Assembly (NCBI GenBank): GCA_913009685.1
Contig: CAJVXP010000002.1
Coordinates: 50,172 to 114,171, forward strand
Direction of reading: 5' to 3'
Origin: an uncultured Bacteroidota bacterium
GTDB lineage: Bacteria; Bacteroidota; Bacteroidia; Bacteroidales; F082
DNA: 64,000 bases
Each line of letters opens with the position of its first letter. The first letter of the stretch is position 1. Positions 51,759 to 62,159 of the stretch are shown here, piece after piece. A program made the position numbers and the translations under genes. The notes beneath the pieces were generated by a model. That model was not told the DNA's origin and ran no database searches. It worked only from the letters and a program-made list of their open reading frames with translations.

Positions 51759-52976
51759 ATGAATCCATCCGGTATCAGAATAGAAGATTTTAACTACCCG
51801 CTGCCCGACGAACGCATAGCCAAATACCCACTGGTACAACGTGACGGATCTAAGCTTTTGTATTTGAACAAAGGTCAGATATCAGAACGGAGATTTTCGG
51901 AAATACCGGATCTACTGCCGGATAATGCACTTTTACTTTTCAACGAAACACGCGTTATTCAGGCACGGCTGCTGTTTAAAAAATCTACCGGGGCACACAT
52001 CGAAATATTTTGTCTGGAACCGGTGGAACCGGTGAACGATTTTCAACTGGCCTTTCAGCAACGTCCACCTGTGGTGTGGAAATGCCTTGTGGGTAATGCC
52101 CGAAGATGGAAAAACGAAACGCTGGCCGTCAAAATGCAAATCCGAAATCAGGAGGTACGTCTTTTTGCTGAAAAAAAAATAAAACTTTCCGATGCCTTTT
52201 TGGTCTCTTTTTCCTGGGAGCCGGAAGACATCTCTTTTGCAGATATACTGGAATCTTCCGGACTAACGCCCCTGCCTCCTTACCTGCACCGCGAAGCTGA
52301 AGTTTCCGATAAAACACGTTATCAAACCGTGTATGCCCGCCTCAACGGGTCGGTAGCCGCACCCACAGCCGGATTGCATTTTACCGAAGCTGTTTTAAAC
52401 CGCCTGGATGAAAAAGGTATTGATAAGGATAAACTGATTTTGCATGTTGGAGCCGGTACTTTTAAACCAGTGTCTGCCGAAACCATTGGCGAGCATGAAA
52501 TGCACACCGAGCAAATCCGGGTTCCCGTCGACACAATCAAACATCTGTACCAGGCTAACGACAAGTTTATCATTCCGGTGGGCACCACCTCTATGCGGTC
52601 GCTGGAAAGCCTGTTTTGGATGGCGCTACGGCTCCGGTCGGGGAAAGACCATGCTTTTAGTGTTTCGCAGTGGGACCCGTACCAATTGGAAATACCGGAA
52701 GATTTCTCAACCCGCCAGGCTTTGGAAATCCTCATTTCAAAAGCCGAAGACGAAAAAACCACGGTGCTGAAAGGCGAAACGCAGCTTATGATTGTACCGG
52801 GTTACCGGTTCCGCTTTGCCAAAGGACTCATTACCAATTTTCATCAGCCCAAAAGCACGCTGCTTTTGCTGGTGTCAGCACTCATTGAGGACAAATGGAA
52901 AGAAGCTTATGATTTTGCCCTTCAAAACGACTTCCGCTTTTTGAGTTACGGCGATAGTTGCTTATTCCTCCCTTAG
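51759..52976 (+). CDS. queA: SAM:tRNA ribosyltransferase-isomerase (Bacteroidota long form)
   Basis: FNYPLP..RIAKYP, NETRVIQARL, PLPPYL, GSVAAPTAGLHFT, LHVGAGTF, TNFHQPKSTL, SYGDS. Confidence 0.93.
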   Translation: MNPSGIRIEDFNYPLPDERIAKYPLVQRDGSKLLYLNKGQISERRFSEIPDLLPDNALLLFNETRVIQARLLFKKSTGAHIEIFCLEPVEPVNDFQLAFQQRPPVVWKCLVGNARRWKNETLAVKMQIRNQEVRLFAEKKIKLSDAFLVSFSWEPEDISFADILESSGLTPLPPYLHREAEVSDKTRYQTVYARLNGSVAAPTAGLHFTEAVLNRLDEKGIDKDKLILHVGAGTFKPVSAETIGEHEMHTEQIRVPVDTIKHLYQANDKFIIPVGTTSMRSLESLFWMALRLRSGKDHAFSVSQWDPYQLEIPEDFSTRQALEILISKAEDEKTTVLKGETQLMIVPGYRFRFAKGLITNFHQPKSTLLLLVSALIEDKWKEAYDFALQNDFRFLSYGDSCLFLP

Positions 52977-53162
52977 GCTCCCTTTACTTTCAAAAAAATT
53001 GTTAACCATTCACAGCACCACAGTCATTTGGTTAATAAATGGTTATGTACTTTTAGTGAATAACTAACAGCCCGGTATATTAAAAAAACGATGTAATTAA
53101 TTGGGTTTGTGAAATTTCCGCTCTATTTTTGGAGGAATATTCATCACAAAAACAATTAACCT

Positions 53163-54932
53163 ATGAAAGAGATTACCCATGATGCGCAGAAGTTTTTTGA
53201 CTTACGAGAGTTTGTCCTAAACGGCAAGTCCTATGAAGAGGTGGCAGAAGGTTTTAAATGGCCGCGTATTACCAAGTTTAACTGGGCTGTGGATTATTTT
53301 GATGTCATTGCCGAAGGCAACCAAAAGCCGGCACTTATTTTTGCTGATGCCGATGGCAATGAGGAAACCGTTACTTACGACGAGATGATGAAACGGTCGA
53401 ATCAGGTGGCCAATTTTCTCAGCGATATTGGCCTTGAAAAAGGAGACCGTGTCATGCTGATGATGGACACTTCCGTTGAAATTTATGAATTGTTTTTGGG
53501 GATTATGAAAGCCGGAGGCGCCATTATTCCAGCTTCAACATTGCTTTCTCCCGCCGATGTTGCAGACAGAATTGTCCGGGGAGATGTAAAATATGTGATT
53601 GCTCATAAGCAATATCATAATCGTGTGGATGAAGCCGGGGAAGCCTTGTTCAGGCTCAAAGGGCTTATCTGTGTAAAATCTCCCGAAGAAAAGTGTGTTT
53701 GTGAAAGTAAGGAAAATATTCCCTGCTGGGTCGATTATAGAGAATACCAGAACTACGATGAAAATTTTGAGACAAATTTTATTACTTTTTCGTCCGATAT
53801 ATTGTTTCTGTTTTTTACATCCGGTACAACTTCAAAACCCAAGCTGGTGATGCATCCACATCATTATCCCGTGGGACATCTGACCACCATGTATTGGCTT
53901 GACCTGAAACCAGATGATGTGCATTACAACATCAGCTCACCGGGATGGGCCAAATTTTTATGGAGTAGTTTTATCGCTCCGTGGAACGCAGGCTGTACGG
54001 CTTTTACCCTGAAATATGATCAGTTTGACGCCGACAAAGTTCTAAAAGCCATGGAGAAATATAAAATCACCAGCCTTTGTGCTCCTTTGAGTGTATGGAA
54101 ACTTTTCGGAAGCAAAGATTTCTCAAAGTATAAGTTTTCTCTGAAAAAGATGGTAAGCGCTGGCGAACCCGTTAATCCGGAAATCAGCAAAATGGCAAAG
54201 AAACTCACAGGCATTGAGTTGCGCGAAGGTTACGGACAAACGGAAACGACAGCTATGGTGGGTACTTTCCCCGGAATGAAAACAAAACCCGGCTCCATTG
54301 GAAAAGTAGCTCCGGGATACGAAGTGAAAATTTTAAACACCCAACTTGACGAAGTGGAACGCGGAGAAGATGGACAGATTTGTTGTGCCATATATCCTGT
54401 TAAGCCCATGGGTCTGCTAACAGCATACGAAGATCCGCAACGCAACAAAGATATTTTCAAAGGCGGCTGGTACCTCACCGGTGATACCGCGTACATGGAT
54501 AAAGAGGGATATGTACACTTTGTAGGTCGTGTGGACGATGTCTTCAAAAGTCTGGATTATCGCATCAGCCCCTTTGAGGTGGAGAGCGAAATTATTGAAA
54601 ATCAAGCTGTACTGGAGGTCGGCGTTATTCCCACTGTAGACAAAAAAGACCGTATTGTTCCCAAAGCATTTATTGTTTTGAATCAGGAATACAGGCCCAA
54701 CCGGAAAATGGCGCTGGATATTTTCCGTTTTATCAGAGACCATATAGCCCCGTACAAACGACCCCGTTCTATTGAATTCATGGATGAATTCCCAAAAACC
54801 ATCAGCGCAAAAGTCATGCGTAAAGACCTGCGTGCCTATGATGAGGAACTGAGAAAAGAGGGAAAAACAGGCAAATATGAATTCTTTGAATCGGATTTTG
54901 CCAAAGAGCTGAATCTGAGGAAAAGGAAATAA
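53163..54932 (+). CDS. AMP-forming acyl-CoA synthetase (short/medium chain)
   Basis: FTSGTTSKPK, EGYGQTET, YLTGD, GRVDD, PKTISAKV. Confidence 0.92.
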   Translation: MKEITHDAQKFFDLREFVLNGKSYEEVAEGFKWPRITKFNWAVDYFDVIAEGNQKPALIFADADGNEETVTYDEMMKRSNQVANFLSDIGLEKGDRVMLMMDTSVEIYELFLGIMKAGGAIIPASTLLSPADVADRIVRGDVKYVIAHKQYHNRVDEAGEALFRLKGLICVKSPEEKCVCESKENIPCWVDYREYQNYDENFETNFITFSSDILFLFFTSGTTSKPKLVMHPHHYPVGHLTTMYWLDLKPDDVHYNISSPGWAKFLWSSFIAPWNAGCTAFTLKYDQFDADKVLKAMEKYKITSLCAPLSVWKLFGSKDFSKYKFSLKKMVSAGEPVNPEISKMAKKLTGIELREGYGQTETTAMVGTFPGMKTKPGSIGKVAPGYEVKILNTQLDEVERGEDGQICCAIYPVKPMGLLTAYEDPQRNKDIFKGGWYLTGDTAYMDKEGYVHFVGRVDDVFKSLDYRISPFEVESEIIENQAVLEVGVIPTVDKKDRIVPKAFIVLNQEYRPNRKMALDIFRFIRDHIAPYKRPRSIEFMDEFPKTISAKVMRKDLRAYDEELRKEGKTGKYEFFESDFAKELNLRKRK

Positions 54933-55005
54933 TTTGTTTTTCTTTTAGAAACAGAATTCCGGTTTTCCGGGCGACCAAATGGGGAACTTTCTCTCTAAAT
55001 AAAGG

Positions 55006-55132
55006 CCCGTCTTTGCGATAAGCTTTGGGGAGGACTGTGTGCCGGCGGCGAAGAAACAATCCCACGGCCTAATACCCAAACCAGGGAAAGGTGTCTGTAT
55101 TACGTGGTTGAAATGCAGAGATGAAGTACGGC
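55006..55132. other. GC-rich structured intergenic element upstream of mobA (leader RNA or MITE remnant)
   Basis: Stem TTTGGG-AGG-CTGTG / CACGG-CCT-CCCAAA (55024-55080) and hairpin TCTGTATT/AATGCAGA (55094-55119). Confidence 0.4.
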
Positions 55133-55201
55133 ATAATTTTCTTCTGTTTTTTCCTCGTGATAATCATGAAAACAATAAATTTGCTCTTTCTATTGAAGAA
55201 T

Positions 55202-55804
55202 ATGACAATAAACAGGGAAGAAATTACCGGAATCATTTTGGCCGGCGGGCGTAGCAGCCGCCTGGGAAAGGATAAAGGACTGTGCGCTTTTAAGGGAAAG
55301 AGCCTGGTATCCTATGCCATTGAAATCCTGAAGCCCCTTTGCGGGAATATGATAATTTCGGCTAATTATTTTCCGGAGAAATACGCTGCCTTTGGTCTGC
55401 CTGTTGTTCCCGATGAAATACAGGGAATCGGCCCCATGGGCGGAATTCTGACTTGTCTGAAGCAATCGAAAACACAGCACAATCTGGTGCTTTCGTGTGA
55501 TACACCTTTTGTGAACACGGATGTTTTTCGACATCTTTTAAATGAAGTGGAAAATTTTCAGGTGGTTTGTCCGGCACACGAAACGTTTCTTCTGGAACCA
55601 TTAAGCGCTTACTACAACACCAACGTGCTGGGCGATTTAGAGGAAGCCATTCGTAAAAAAGAATACAAAATGATGCGGTTTTTTAAAAGAATCCGGTTTA
55701 AGTCGGTGAGCATTCATGAGCAGCTACCCTTTTTCAGTGATTATCTGTTTTTAAATCTAAACACACCCGGGGATTTGGAAAAAGCGGAGGGACTAACGCT
55801 ATGA
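55202..55804 (+). CDS. mobA: Molybdenum cofactor guanylyltransferase
   Basis: GIILAGGRSSRLGKDK, GPMGGI, SCDTPF, EPL, NLNTPGDL. Confidence 0.9.
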   Translation: MTINREEITGIILAGGRSSRLGKDKGLCAFKGKSLVSYAIEILKPLCGNMIISANYFPEKYAAFGLPVVPDEIQGIGPMGGILTCLKQSKTQHNLVLSCDTPFVNTDVFRHLLNEVENFQVVCPAHETFLLEPLSAYYNTNVLGDLEEAIRKKEYKMMRFFKRIRFKSVSIHEQLPFFSDYLFLNLNTPGDLEKAEGLTL

Positions 55805-56994
55805 GCCGGACGGCACAACAGCAGGATGACCTTTGGCTGAGAGCTGCCGTAATAGGCGGCCTATGGGCTTCTATCGAGATTATCGTGGGTAGCTTTTTAC
55901 ACAATTCACGGATACCTTTTGCCGGTTCTATCCTCGCTTTTACCGGAACCATTTTACTCATTGGCTTTTACCAGATATGGCCTTACAGAGGACTGATTAT
56001 CCGCGCGGGACTGATTACAGCCATTATGAAATCTGTTTCGCCCAGCGCCATTATCCTTGGCCCCATGACAGGTATTATGCTGGAGGCTATCCTTATCGAA
56101 AGTATCATTTATCTCCTCGGAGCAAATCCTTTTGCCTACATGACAGCCGGTGTTTTCAGCCTTTCCAGTGCGCTTCTTCATAAAATTGTCAGCCTTATCA
56201 TTTACTATGGTTTTAATCTTGTTAAGATTTATGTGAACGTCATCAATTTCGGGTTGAAGCAATTGCATCTTGGTCAGGCAACGGATTTACAAATTTTGTG
56301 GTTCCTGCTTTCCTTTTATGTTGTCTTCGGCGTCTTGTCGGGATGGCTGGGATATGTCATTGGCCGGAAAGCCCTGAAACTGAAATCGGAGCCGGACACT
56401 ATTGACCGGAATAGAAAAATGAATACCACAAAAGAGTTTTTTATTCTCGACAAAAACCAGAATACTTCGCTGCTTTTGCTGGCATTTCACATGATAGCAC
56501 TTCCCGTGGGACTGCTTATAGTGAACACTAACCACCAGCTTTGGGGGCTTGGTTTTATGGCTGCTTATACACTTCTGTCCGGATTTGTTTACCGACGTAC
56601 GCTACGGCGCTTGCGAAAGCCTGTTTTCTGGTCACAGTTGGTAGTGATTGTGTTACTCTCGGCGCTGTTCTGGAATTTTGGCAAGCCTAATCATCAATGG
56701 TTTAGCCTGGAAGGCTTCCTTATCGGTTTCGAGATGCTTTTGCGGGCTCTGTTTATTGTGGTTGGCTTTTCAGCCCTTAGTGTGGAACTGCTTAACGAGC
56801 ATGTACGCAGTTTTCTTTACCACATTGGCTTCGGTCGTTTTTACAAAGGTATCGGTCTGGCGTTCGGCTCTTTACCTGTTATGATCGGCCTGCTGCCCTC
56901 TTCAAAAGAAATTTTTCATTCTCCGGTAAAATCTTTGTTGAAACCATTGATCATGGCGAATCAATGGTTGGAGATATTCAGAAGAGAAAGCTGA
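55801..56994 (+). CDS. Uncharacterised polytopic membrane protein, possibly a fused ECF S/T component
   Basis: About 10 TM segments; AAVIGGLWASIEII.GSFLHN.RIPF.G; ATGA overlap with mobA. Confidence 0.65.
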   Translation: MSRTAQQQDDLWLRAAVIGGLWASIEIIVGSFLHNSRIPFAGSILAFTGTILLIGFYQIWPYRGLIIRAGLITAIMKSVSPSAIILGPMTGIMLEAILIESIIYLLGANPFAYMTAGVFSLSSALLHKIVSLIIYYGFNLVKIYVNVINFGLKQLHLGQATDLQILWFLLSFYVVFGVLSGWLGYVIGRKALKLKSEPDTIDRNRKMNTTKEFFILDKNQNTSLLLLAFHMIALPVGLLIVNTNHQLWGLGFMAAYTLLSGFVYRRTLRRLRKPVFWSQLVVIVLLSALFWNFGKPNHQWFSLEGFLIGFEMLLRALFIVVGFSALSVELLNEHVRSFLYHIGFGRFYKGIGLAFGSLPVMIGLLPSSKEIFHSPVKSLLKPLIMANQWLEIFRRES

Positions 56995-57007
56995 GAGTCT
57001 GTATTAT

Positions 57008-58693
57008 TTATTTCGTTCCGATAATCCTGAAATAATCCTTCAATACCAATGCATTTTCCGCCTGGGTAGTGAAAATCTCGAGAAGTGCCGGGCGATTGTT
57101 TTCACGATAAAAATCAGGCAGTTGGCCTATTAGTTCGGTTTCATTTTCCGCTTTGAAATAGCGCAGACCGAAAGCTTTGGCCAGCATCTCGGCTTTCCAG
57201 TGATGGGCTGTGGCAAAAAACAGTTCCCGCTGGGCTGCAGTGTCAGGCCCCGTGATAAAACGGAAAATGTCGCCGCCACCGTTGTTAATGACAATAATTT
57301 TCAGATTAGCTGTCAGGTTTAGGTTCATCAGGGCATTCGAATCGTAAAAAAAGCCCATATCACCGGTGATGACAGTATTGATTTTCGCTTTTGCGGCAAA
57401 GGCTGCTCCGGCTGCCGTGGAAACCTGCCCGTCGATACCGCTCACCCCGCGGTTGGAGAAATAATGAAATTTAGAAATACTCCCAAAAAGCTGGGCATAG
57501 CGCACGGGCGTGCTGTTTCCCAAATGCAAAAGGGTGTTTCCGGGTATTTCGCGAAACAAAATCTCATAAACTTTCAGGTCGCACCAGCCGGTTTTCGCCA
57601 GAAAAGCTATGCTTTTTTGCAAAACATGCTCTTTGTGCCTTTGCCAGAAACTCCTGTATTCACTTGTGTTTTCGGTCAGATTTTCCTTTTCCTGTGTGAG
57701 AAAATCAGCCGCATCCGCCCGAATAACGCCGGTCAGGCAAAAGTAAGTGTCTCTTTTTTCTCCGGAAGGGGAAATATGCCAATGATGTTTGGCCGGATGC
57801 GCCCGCAACAGCTTTTTGATCTTTTTCGACACAACGGAAGTGCCAAAAGTAATCAGTAACTCCGGTTGAAAATCAGCTATTTCTTCCTCCGGAATCTTCG
57901 CGATGAGGTTGTCGATTTCATCCATGAAACCGGGTGCATGGAGGTTGGAGGTGGTCTCGGTCAACACAGCGACTTGTGGTAATCCGGACAAGTGGTGTAA
58001 TATTTCATTTAGCTTTCCCGAAGGTTTTCCCTGCCCTGCAATAAGCAATATTTTCCGGCTTTGCTGCCAGTCGTGTAGAAATGCCAGCCGGATGCTTTCG
58101 TCTACCGGAGGCAGCTTTCCAAAAGTATCAAAAGCATTTCCGGTCATCGGCTCACCAGTTTGTTGGTACAACGGCTCATCAAAAGGAATATTGATGTGTA
58201 CCGGACCGGGTTCCGGAAACCGGGTCTCGTCAATGGCTTCATTAATCAGCCGGTTTACTTTCTCTTTTTCTTCTTCAGTCGTTATCTCCAGCGGAAGTGA
58301 ACAGGACTTTTTGATGTAGTTGGCAAAAACATTTTCCTGCCGGATGGTTTGCCCGTCACCCACATCAATCAGGTGCGGAGGCCGGTCGGCGGTAAGCACC
58401 AGCAACGGGATTTTCTGATAATAAGCCTCTGCAATGGCCGGAGCATAGTTGAGCACGGCGCTGCCCGAGGTACAGGCAATGGCCACCGCTCGTTGCTTTT
58501 GCTGGGCCATGCCGAGGGCAAAAAAGGCGGCACTGCGTTCGTCAACAACGCTCACAGCCTGAATATCCGGATGTTGGGCAAAGGTAATAATGATGGGCGC
58601 ATTACGCGAACCCGGCGACAACACAATTTCCCGCAGCCCCTTTTTTGTAAAAATATCTGCCAGCAGGCTGATGGTTTTTTTATCTGAAGTCAT
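57008..58693 (-). CDS. menD: SEPHCHC synthase
   Basis: SPGSRNAP, DERSAAFFALG, CTSGSA, TADRP, NRGVSGIDG, GD..F.YD.N, NNGGG.IF; start overlaps the menF stop. Confidence 0.95.
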   Translation of the reverse strand: MTSDKKTISLLADIFTKKGLREIVLSPGSRNAPIIITFAQHPDIQAVSVVDERSAAFFALGMAQQKQRAVAIACTSGSAVLNYAPAIAEAYYQKIPLLVLTADRPPHLIDVGDGQTIRQENVFANYIKKSCSLPLEITTEEEKEKVNRLINEAIDETRFPEPGPVHINIPFDEPLYQQTGEPMTGNAFDTFGKLPPVDESIRLAFLHDWQQSRKILLIAGQGKPSGKLNEILHHLSGLPQVAVLTETTSNLHAPGFMDEIDNLIAKIPEEEIADFQPELLITFGTSVVSKKIKKLLRAHPAKHHWHISPSGEKRDTYFCLTGVIRADAADFLTQEKENLTENTSEYRSFWQRHKEHVLQKSIAFLAKTGWCDLKVYEILFREIPGNTLLHLGNSTPVRYAQLFGSISKFHYFSNRGVSGIDGQVSTAAGAAFAAKAKINTVITGDMGFFYDSNALMNLNLTANLKIIVINNGGGDIFRFITGPDTAAQRELFFATAHHWKAEMLAKAFGLRYFKAENETELIGQLPDFYRENNRPALLEIFTTQAENALVLKDYFRIIGTK

Positions 58694-59790
58694 GGGGCAA
58701 AGTTCCGTAAATTTTCCACAACCGACAAGATGGTGGACGACTTGTCTTCCGTTTCCTGCCACTCTTCTTCCGGTTTGGACGCCGCCGTAAGCCCGCCACC
58801 CACATAAAGTGCAAGTTTTTCATTTAAAAAGCGGGCACAACGCAGATTCACAAAAAGATGCGATCTGTTCTCCATTTGCCACGGTCCCAGAAAGCCGGTG
58901 TAAAAATGCCGCTGATGTTTTTCCGTTTCGCTGATGAGCTGCCATGCTTTTTCTTTAGGCAGGCCGCATACCGCCGGTGTGGGATGTAACGCTTTAACGA
59001 AATGTCCGGTTTTTCCGCGCAAAGCGGTAACCGGAAGGCGAAATCGTGTGCAGATGTGCGCCAGACTGCCGGCAAAAATTGTCTCCGGTCTGCTTTCTTC
59101 ATAATTTTCAATACGAAGTTTCCCGATTTGTTCCTCCACAAAACCCGTAACAAAAGCCTGCTCCTCTTTTTCCTTTTCATTCCAGGTCAAAGGTTTTTCG
59201 CCGGCATTACATTTTTGTGTTCCGGCCAGTGCCATGGTTTCGTAAAAACTACCGTTACGGCTGAGCAGCGTTTCCGGAGTAGCGCCGGCCCAAATCCCTT
59301 CGCCGGGCAGATGAAAAAGATAGACAAAAGCGTCAGGATAGCTTTGCCGGAAAGTGTCAAAAAACATATCGAAATCGAAATCCGGCGACAATGGTTTTTC
59401 CAAAACCCGCGACAACACTACTTTTCGGACTTCACCATTTTTAATCCTGTCAACAAGTTTGTTCACCTGCTGCAGGTAAGTTTCTCTATCAGCGACAAAG
59501 CTTTTATCCTCCGGAAGCTGAAATTCTTTATCCGGAAAAGAATCAAGTAAAGCGATTAATTTTTCCTTTTCCAAACGGTTCCGGGAAACAAATGCAGGCT
59601 CAATCAAAAAAGCTTTTCCGTTTTTATATGAATCAAAAGGCGCTATTACAAAACCCTTTTGCTGTTCTAACTGCGCCAACGAAAACTCCCGCACAGGGCC
59701 CGGCTGAACCACAAAAACCGGCAACTTCTCCCCGGGAAGCCGGTAAACAGCAAAAGTTATATTTTTGGTTAACAGTTGACGAATAAGCAT
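58690..59790 (-). CDS. menF: Isochorismate synthase
   Basis: KVVLSR, GATPE, ALAGT, LHPTPAVCG, LFVNLRC, GGGLT, EWQET..K. Confidence 0.9.
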   Translation of the reverse strand: MLIRQLLTKNITFAVYRLPGEKLPVFVVQPGPVREFSLAQLEQQKGFVIAPFDSYKNGKAFLIEPAFVSRNRLEKEKLIALLDSFPDKEFQLPEDKSFVADRETYLQQVNKLVDRIKNGEVRKVVLSRVLEKPLSPDFDFDMFFDTFRQSYPDAFVYLFHLPGEGIWAGATPETLLSRNGSFYETMALAGTQKCNAGEKPLTWNEKEKEEQAFVTGFVEEQIGKLRIENYEESRPETIFAGSLAHICTRFRLPVTALRGKTGHFVKALHPTPAVCGLPKEKAWQLISETEKHQRHFYTGFLGPWQMENRSHLFVNLRCARFLNEKLALYVGGGLTAASKPEEEWQETEDKSSTILSVVENLRNFAP

Positions 59791-59828
59791 TTATATCAAA
59801 ATTTTGGTATGTGTACGACCTCCGTACA

Positions 59829-60260
59829 TCACTCCTGTGGATTTCTTTTCTTTACAACAAAAATGGTCACGCGGCAAGTGGAAATAAGGTGACCTCCTTC
59901 GTCTTTTATGTCCACACTCCAGATGTGGGAGCTGCGTCCGCGGTGCATAATCACCGCCTCGCCAATGACCCAGCCACTGCGGGCGCTACGCACATGGTCG
60001 GCAGAAACATGCTGTCCTTTTACATCAAATTTTTCGCGGTCAACCATTAGCGCAGAGCCAATGCTTGCCAGCGTTTCGGCCAGTGCCAGTGTCGCCCCGC
60101 CGTGCAAAATCCGCATGGGCTGAAATGTCCGCTCGTCCACCGGCATACGTGCTTTCAAGTATCCCGTCCGTGCCTCGAGATACTCTATCCCGAGCTGCTC
60201 CATGAGCGTCCCTTTGTTCATTTTGGAAAGCTCTTCTATGCTAAATGTCTCCTGTTCCAT
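59829..60260 (-). CDS. menI: Hotdog-fold thioesterase (DHNA-CoA hydrolase, MenI/YdiI-like)
   Basis: MPVD.RT.QP..ILHGGA..LAET; lies in the men cluster. Confidence 0.8.
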   Translation of the reverse strand: MEQETFSIEELSKMNKGTLMEQLGIEYLEARTGYLKARMPVDERTFQPMRILHGGATLALAETLASIGSALMVDREKFDVKGQHVSADHVRSARSGWVIGEAVIMHRGRSSHIWSVDIKDEGGHLISTCRVTIFVVKKRNPQE

Positions 60261-60374
60261 GGGTTTTGATTTAAAAGCAAAGATACGGTTTTCAACATTC
60301 CCTGCTTCGGGCATCCGCGTCCAAAGATATTCACTCCTGCTTTAATCGTCTATAATTGAATATCATTGTAAAAA

Positions 60375-61853
60375 TCACTGTATCAATTGTTTGGTATTCA
60401 CTGTAATGGGCCTGTTTTTCTGAAAATCATACAGTGTCAGTTTGCGCAGCTCATAATAGTTTATCCAGTAATCACGCAATGTTTTGAAATAATTCAGCCG
60501 GGCGTTGTCGTTGTCAATCTGAGCATTGTTCAGCTCCAGCACATCGTTTACCTTGCCAATAAGGTATCGTTCGTGGGTTACCACATACCGTTTTTGCGCC
60601 ACCGTATCCGATTTGGCTGCTATGGCCAGTTGTTTTTTCTGCATGGCAAATTGCATGACGCTCAGGTAAATGTTTTGTTCGAAATCAATCTTATCCTGTT
60701 GAACAGCCGTTTTTACCAGATCCTGATTCGACTCGGCTATTTTGATCCCTCCTTTTGCTTTCCCCCAGTCGAGGAGCGGCAGGGTAATACCCATGCTCAC
60801 CCGTTCCTGGTTCAAAGGGTTTTGATAAGCTTGCTGTAGCGTATGCGATGTCTGCGAAAGTCCGAAACTGGCGTACAAATTCATGTCGAAACGGCCGTTC
60901 ATTTTGGCCATGTTCAACTGGCTGGCCGCCTCCAGCAGGCGCTGGGTAAACGCCAGTGCGGTGGAAGTGTTGAGTTTGGCCTCTTCAACGGCTTTGCTTA
61001 CCGAAACATTAAAAAAAGAGGTCAGTAGCGGTGGAATAAGCTCAATCCGATCACTGCCGGTCAGCCGCAAATAGGATTTAAACCTGAAAAGTTTGTCGTT
61101 GTAAGCTAACTGCGCCTGTTCCACCGAAGCATCTGCTTTCAGAAAATTCAGTTGTAATTGCAGCAGGTCGTTTTCAGCAATTTTGCCGAGGTTATAACGC
61201 CCTTTGGCAATTTTGTAAAGCGTGTCGTAGTTGTGGTAATTCTTTTTGGTAATTTTCCACTCGATTTGTGCCGTGAGCAACGAAAAAAAGTAGCTGGTGG
61301 CTTTTATGGCAATATCTTCTTCCGACTCCATGTAAATCCGTTTGGCTTCTTCGTACTTTAACGGCTCTATTTTTTTGCTCCATTTGTAAGGATTATAAGT
61401 AAAAACAGGTTGTATAAACCCTATATTTATCATATTACTGAGATATTGACGGGTGGTAGTATCCGGGAAAAAGTTATCCATACGTTGCAGACCGGTATTC
61501 ACAAAAATCTCACCACCGGTAAGACCTATTTTTTGATTTAACGAAAGGCCGAGCGAATAATTTGAAACGCTTTGTGATGCGTATGAAATGGTTCCATCAG
61601 GAGCAGAGATCGCGTTAATGCTCCGGTTGATGTCGGGCAGGGTGGCCGCGAGATTCAGGTTGGGCAGATAGGTTGCCTTGAAAGTGCGGTACTGCCAATA
61701 GCTTTTTCTGAAGCGATGCTTGGCCATCAGTGCATCCGGCGACTGCTTTTGAGCAAGGTGAATAACCTGAGCCAGTGTATAACGTCTCATCGGCTGGGCA
61801 GGTAGCAGCCCGGCGCTTAAAATAATGAATGCGAGAAATATATATTGTTTCAT
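60375..61853 (-). CDS. TolC family outer-membrane efflux protein
   Basis: Signal peptide; YLPNLNL, RYNLGKI..NDLLQ, LPLLDWG, RYLIGK repeats; start uncertain. Confidence 0.88.
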   Translation of the reverse strand: MKQYIFLAFIILSAGLLPAQPMRRYTLAQVIHLAQKQSPDALMAKHRFRKSYWQYRTFKATYLPNLNLAATLPDINRSINAISAPDGTISYASQSVSNYSLGLSLNQKIGLTGGEIFVNTGLQRMDNFFPDTTTRQYLSNMINIGFIQPVFTYNPYKWSKKIEPLKYEEAKRIYMESEEDIAIKATSYFFSLLTAQIEWKITKKNYHNYDTLYKIAKGRYNLGKIAENDLLQLQLNFLKADASVEQAQLAYNDKLFRFKSYLRLTGSDRIELIPPLLTSFFNVSVSKAVEEAKLNTSTALAFTQRLLEAASQLNMAKMNGRFDMNLYASFGLSQTSHTLQQAYQNPLNQERVSMGITLPLLDWGKAKGGIKIAESNQDLVKTAVQQDKIDFEQNIYLSVMQFAMQKKQLAIAAKSDTVAQKRYVVTHERYLIGKVNDVLELNNAQIDNDNARLNYFKTLRDYWINYYELRKLTLYDFQKNRPITVNTKQLIQ

Positions 61854-62159
61854 ATTAACGGGTTGTGGGGTTGAATGGGTTTTAGCCATCATTGTACAAA
61901 TGTAAGACGAATATTTTATTTGTGCATTCATGAGATTGTCGGTTTGCCACTAATAACAACGGATTTTCATCTGCTCATCTCCAAAGACGAGTGTCACAAA
62001 CCCCAATTTTATCTCCCAAAAAATGTCAATTCGGGCAAAATCATCTCCAAAAAAGTGTACTTATCTTCCTTTTTTTAACCTGTTTCTTTGGTTTTTACGT
62101 GTGTTTGCTTTACCCCAATGGTGCAACGCTTTGACCATTTTTAGGTTTATTTTCAATTG

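Noticed and set aside
52999-53038. TTGTTAACCA-N20-TGGTTAATAA inverted repeat before the acyl-CoA synthetase
   Set aside because: AT-rich, one mismatch and a long spacer; could be chance
55040-55125. Short resemblances to 16S rRNA (CCGGCGGCGAAG, TGAAATGCAGAGAT)
   Set aside because: Too short and in the wrong order for an rRNA fragment
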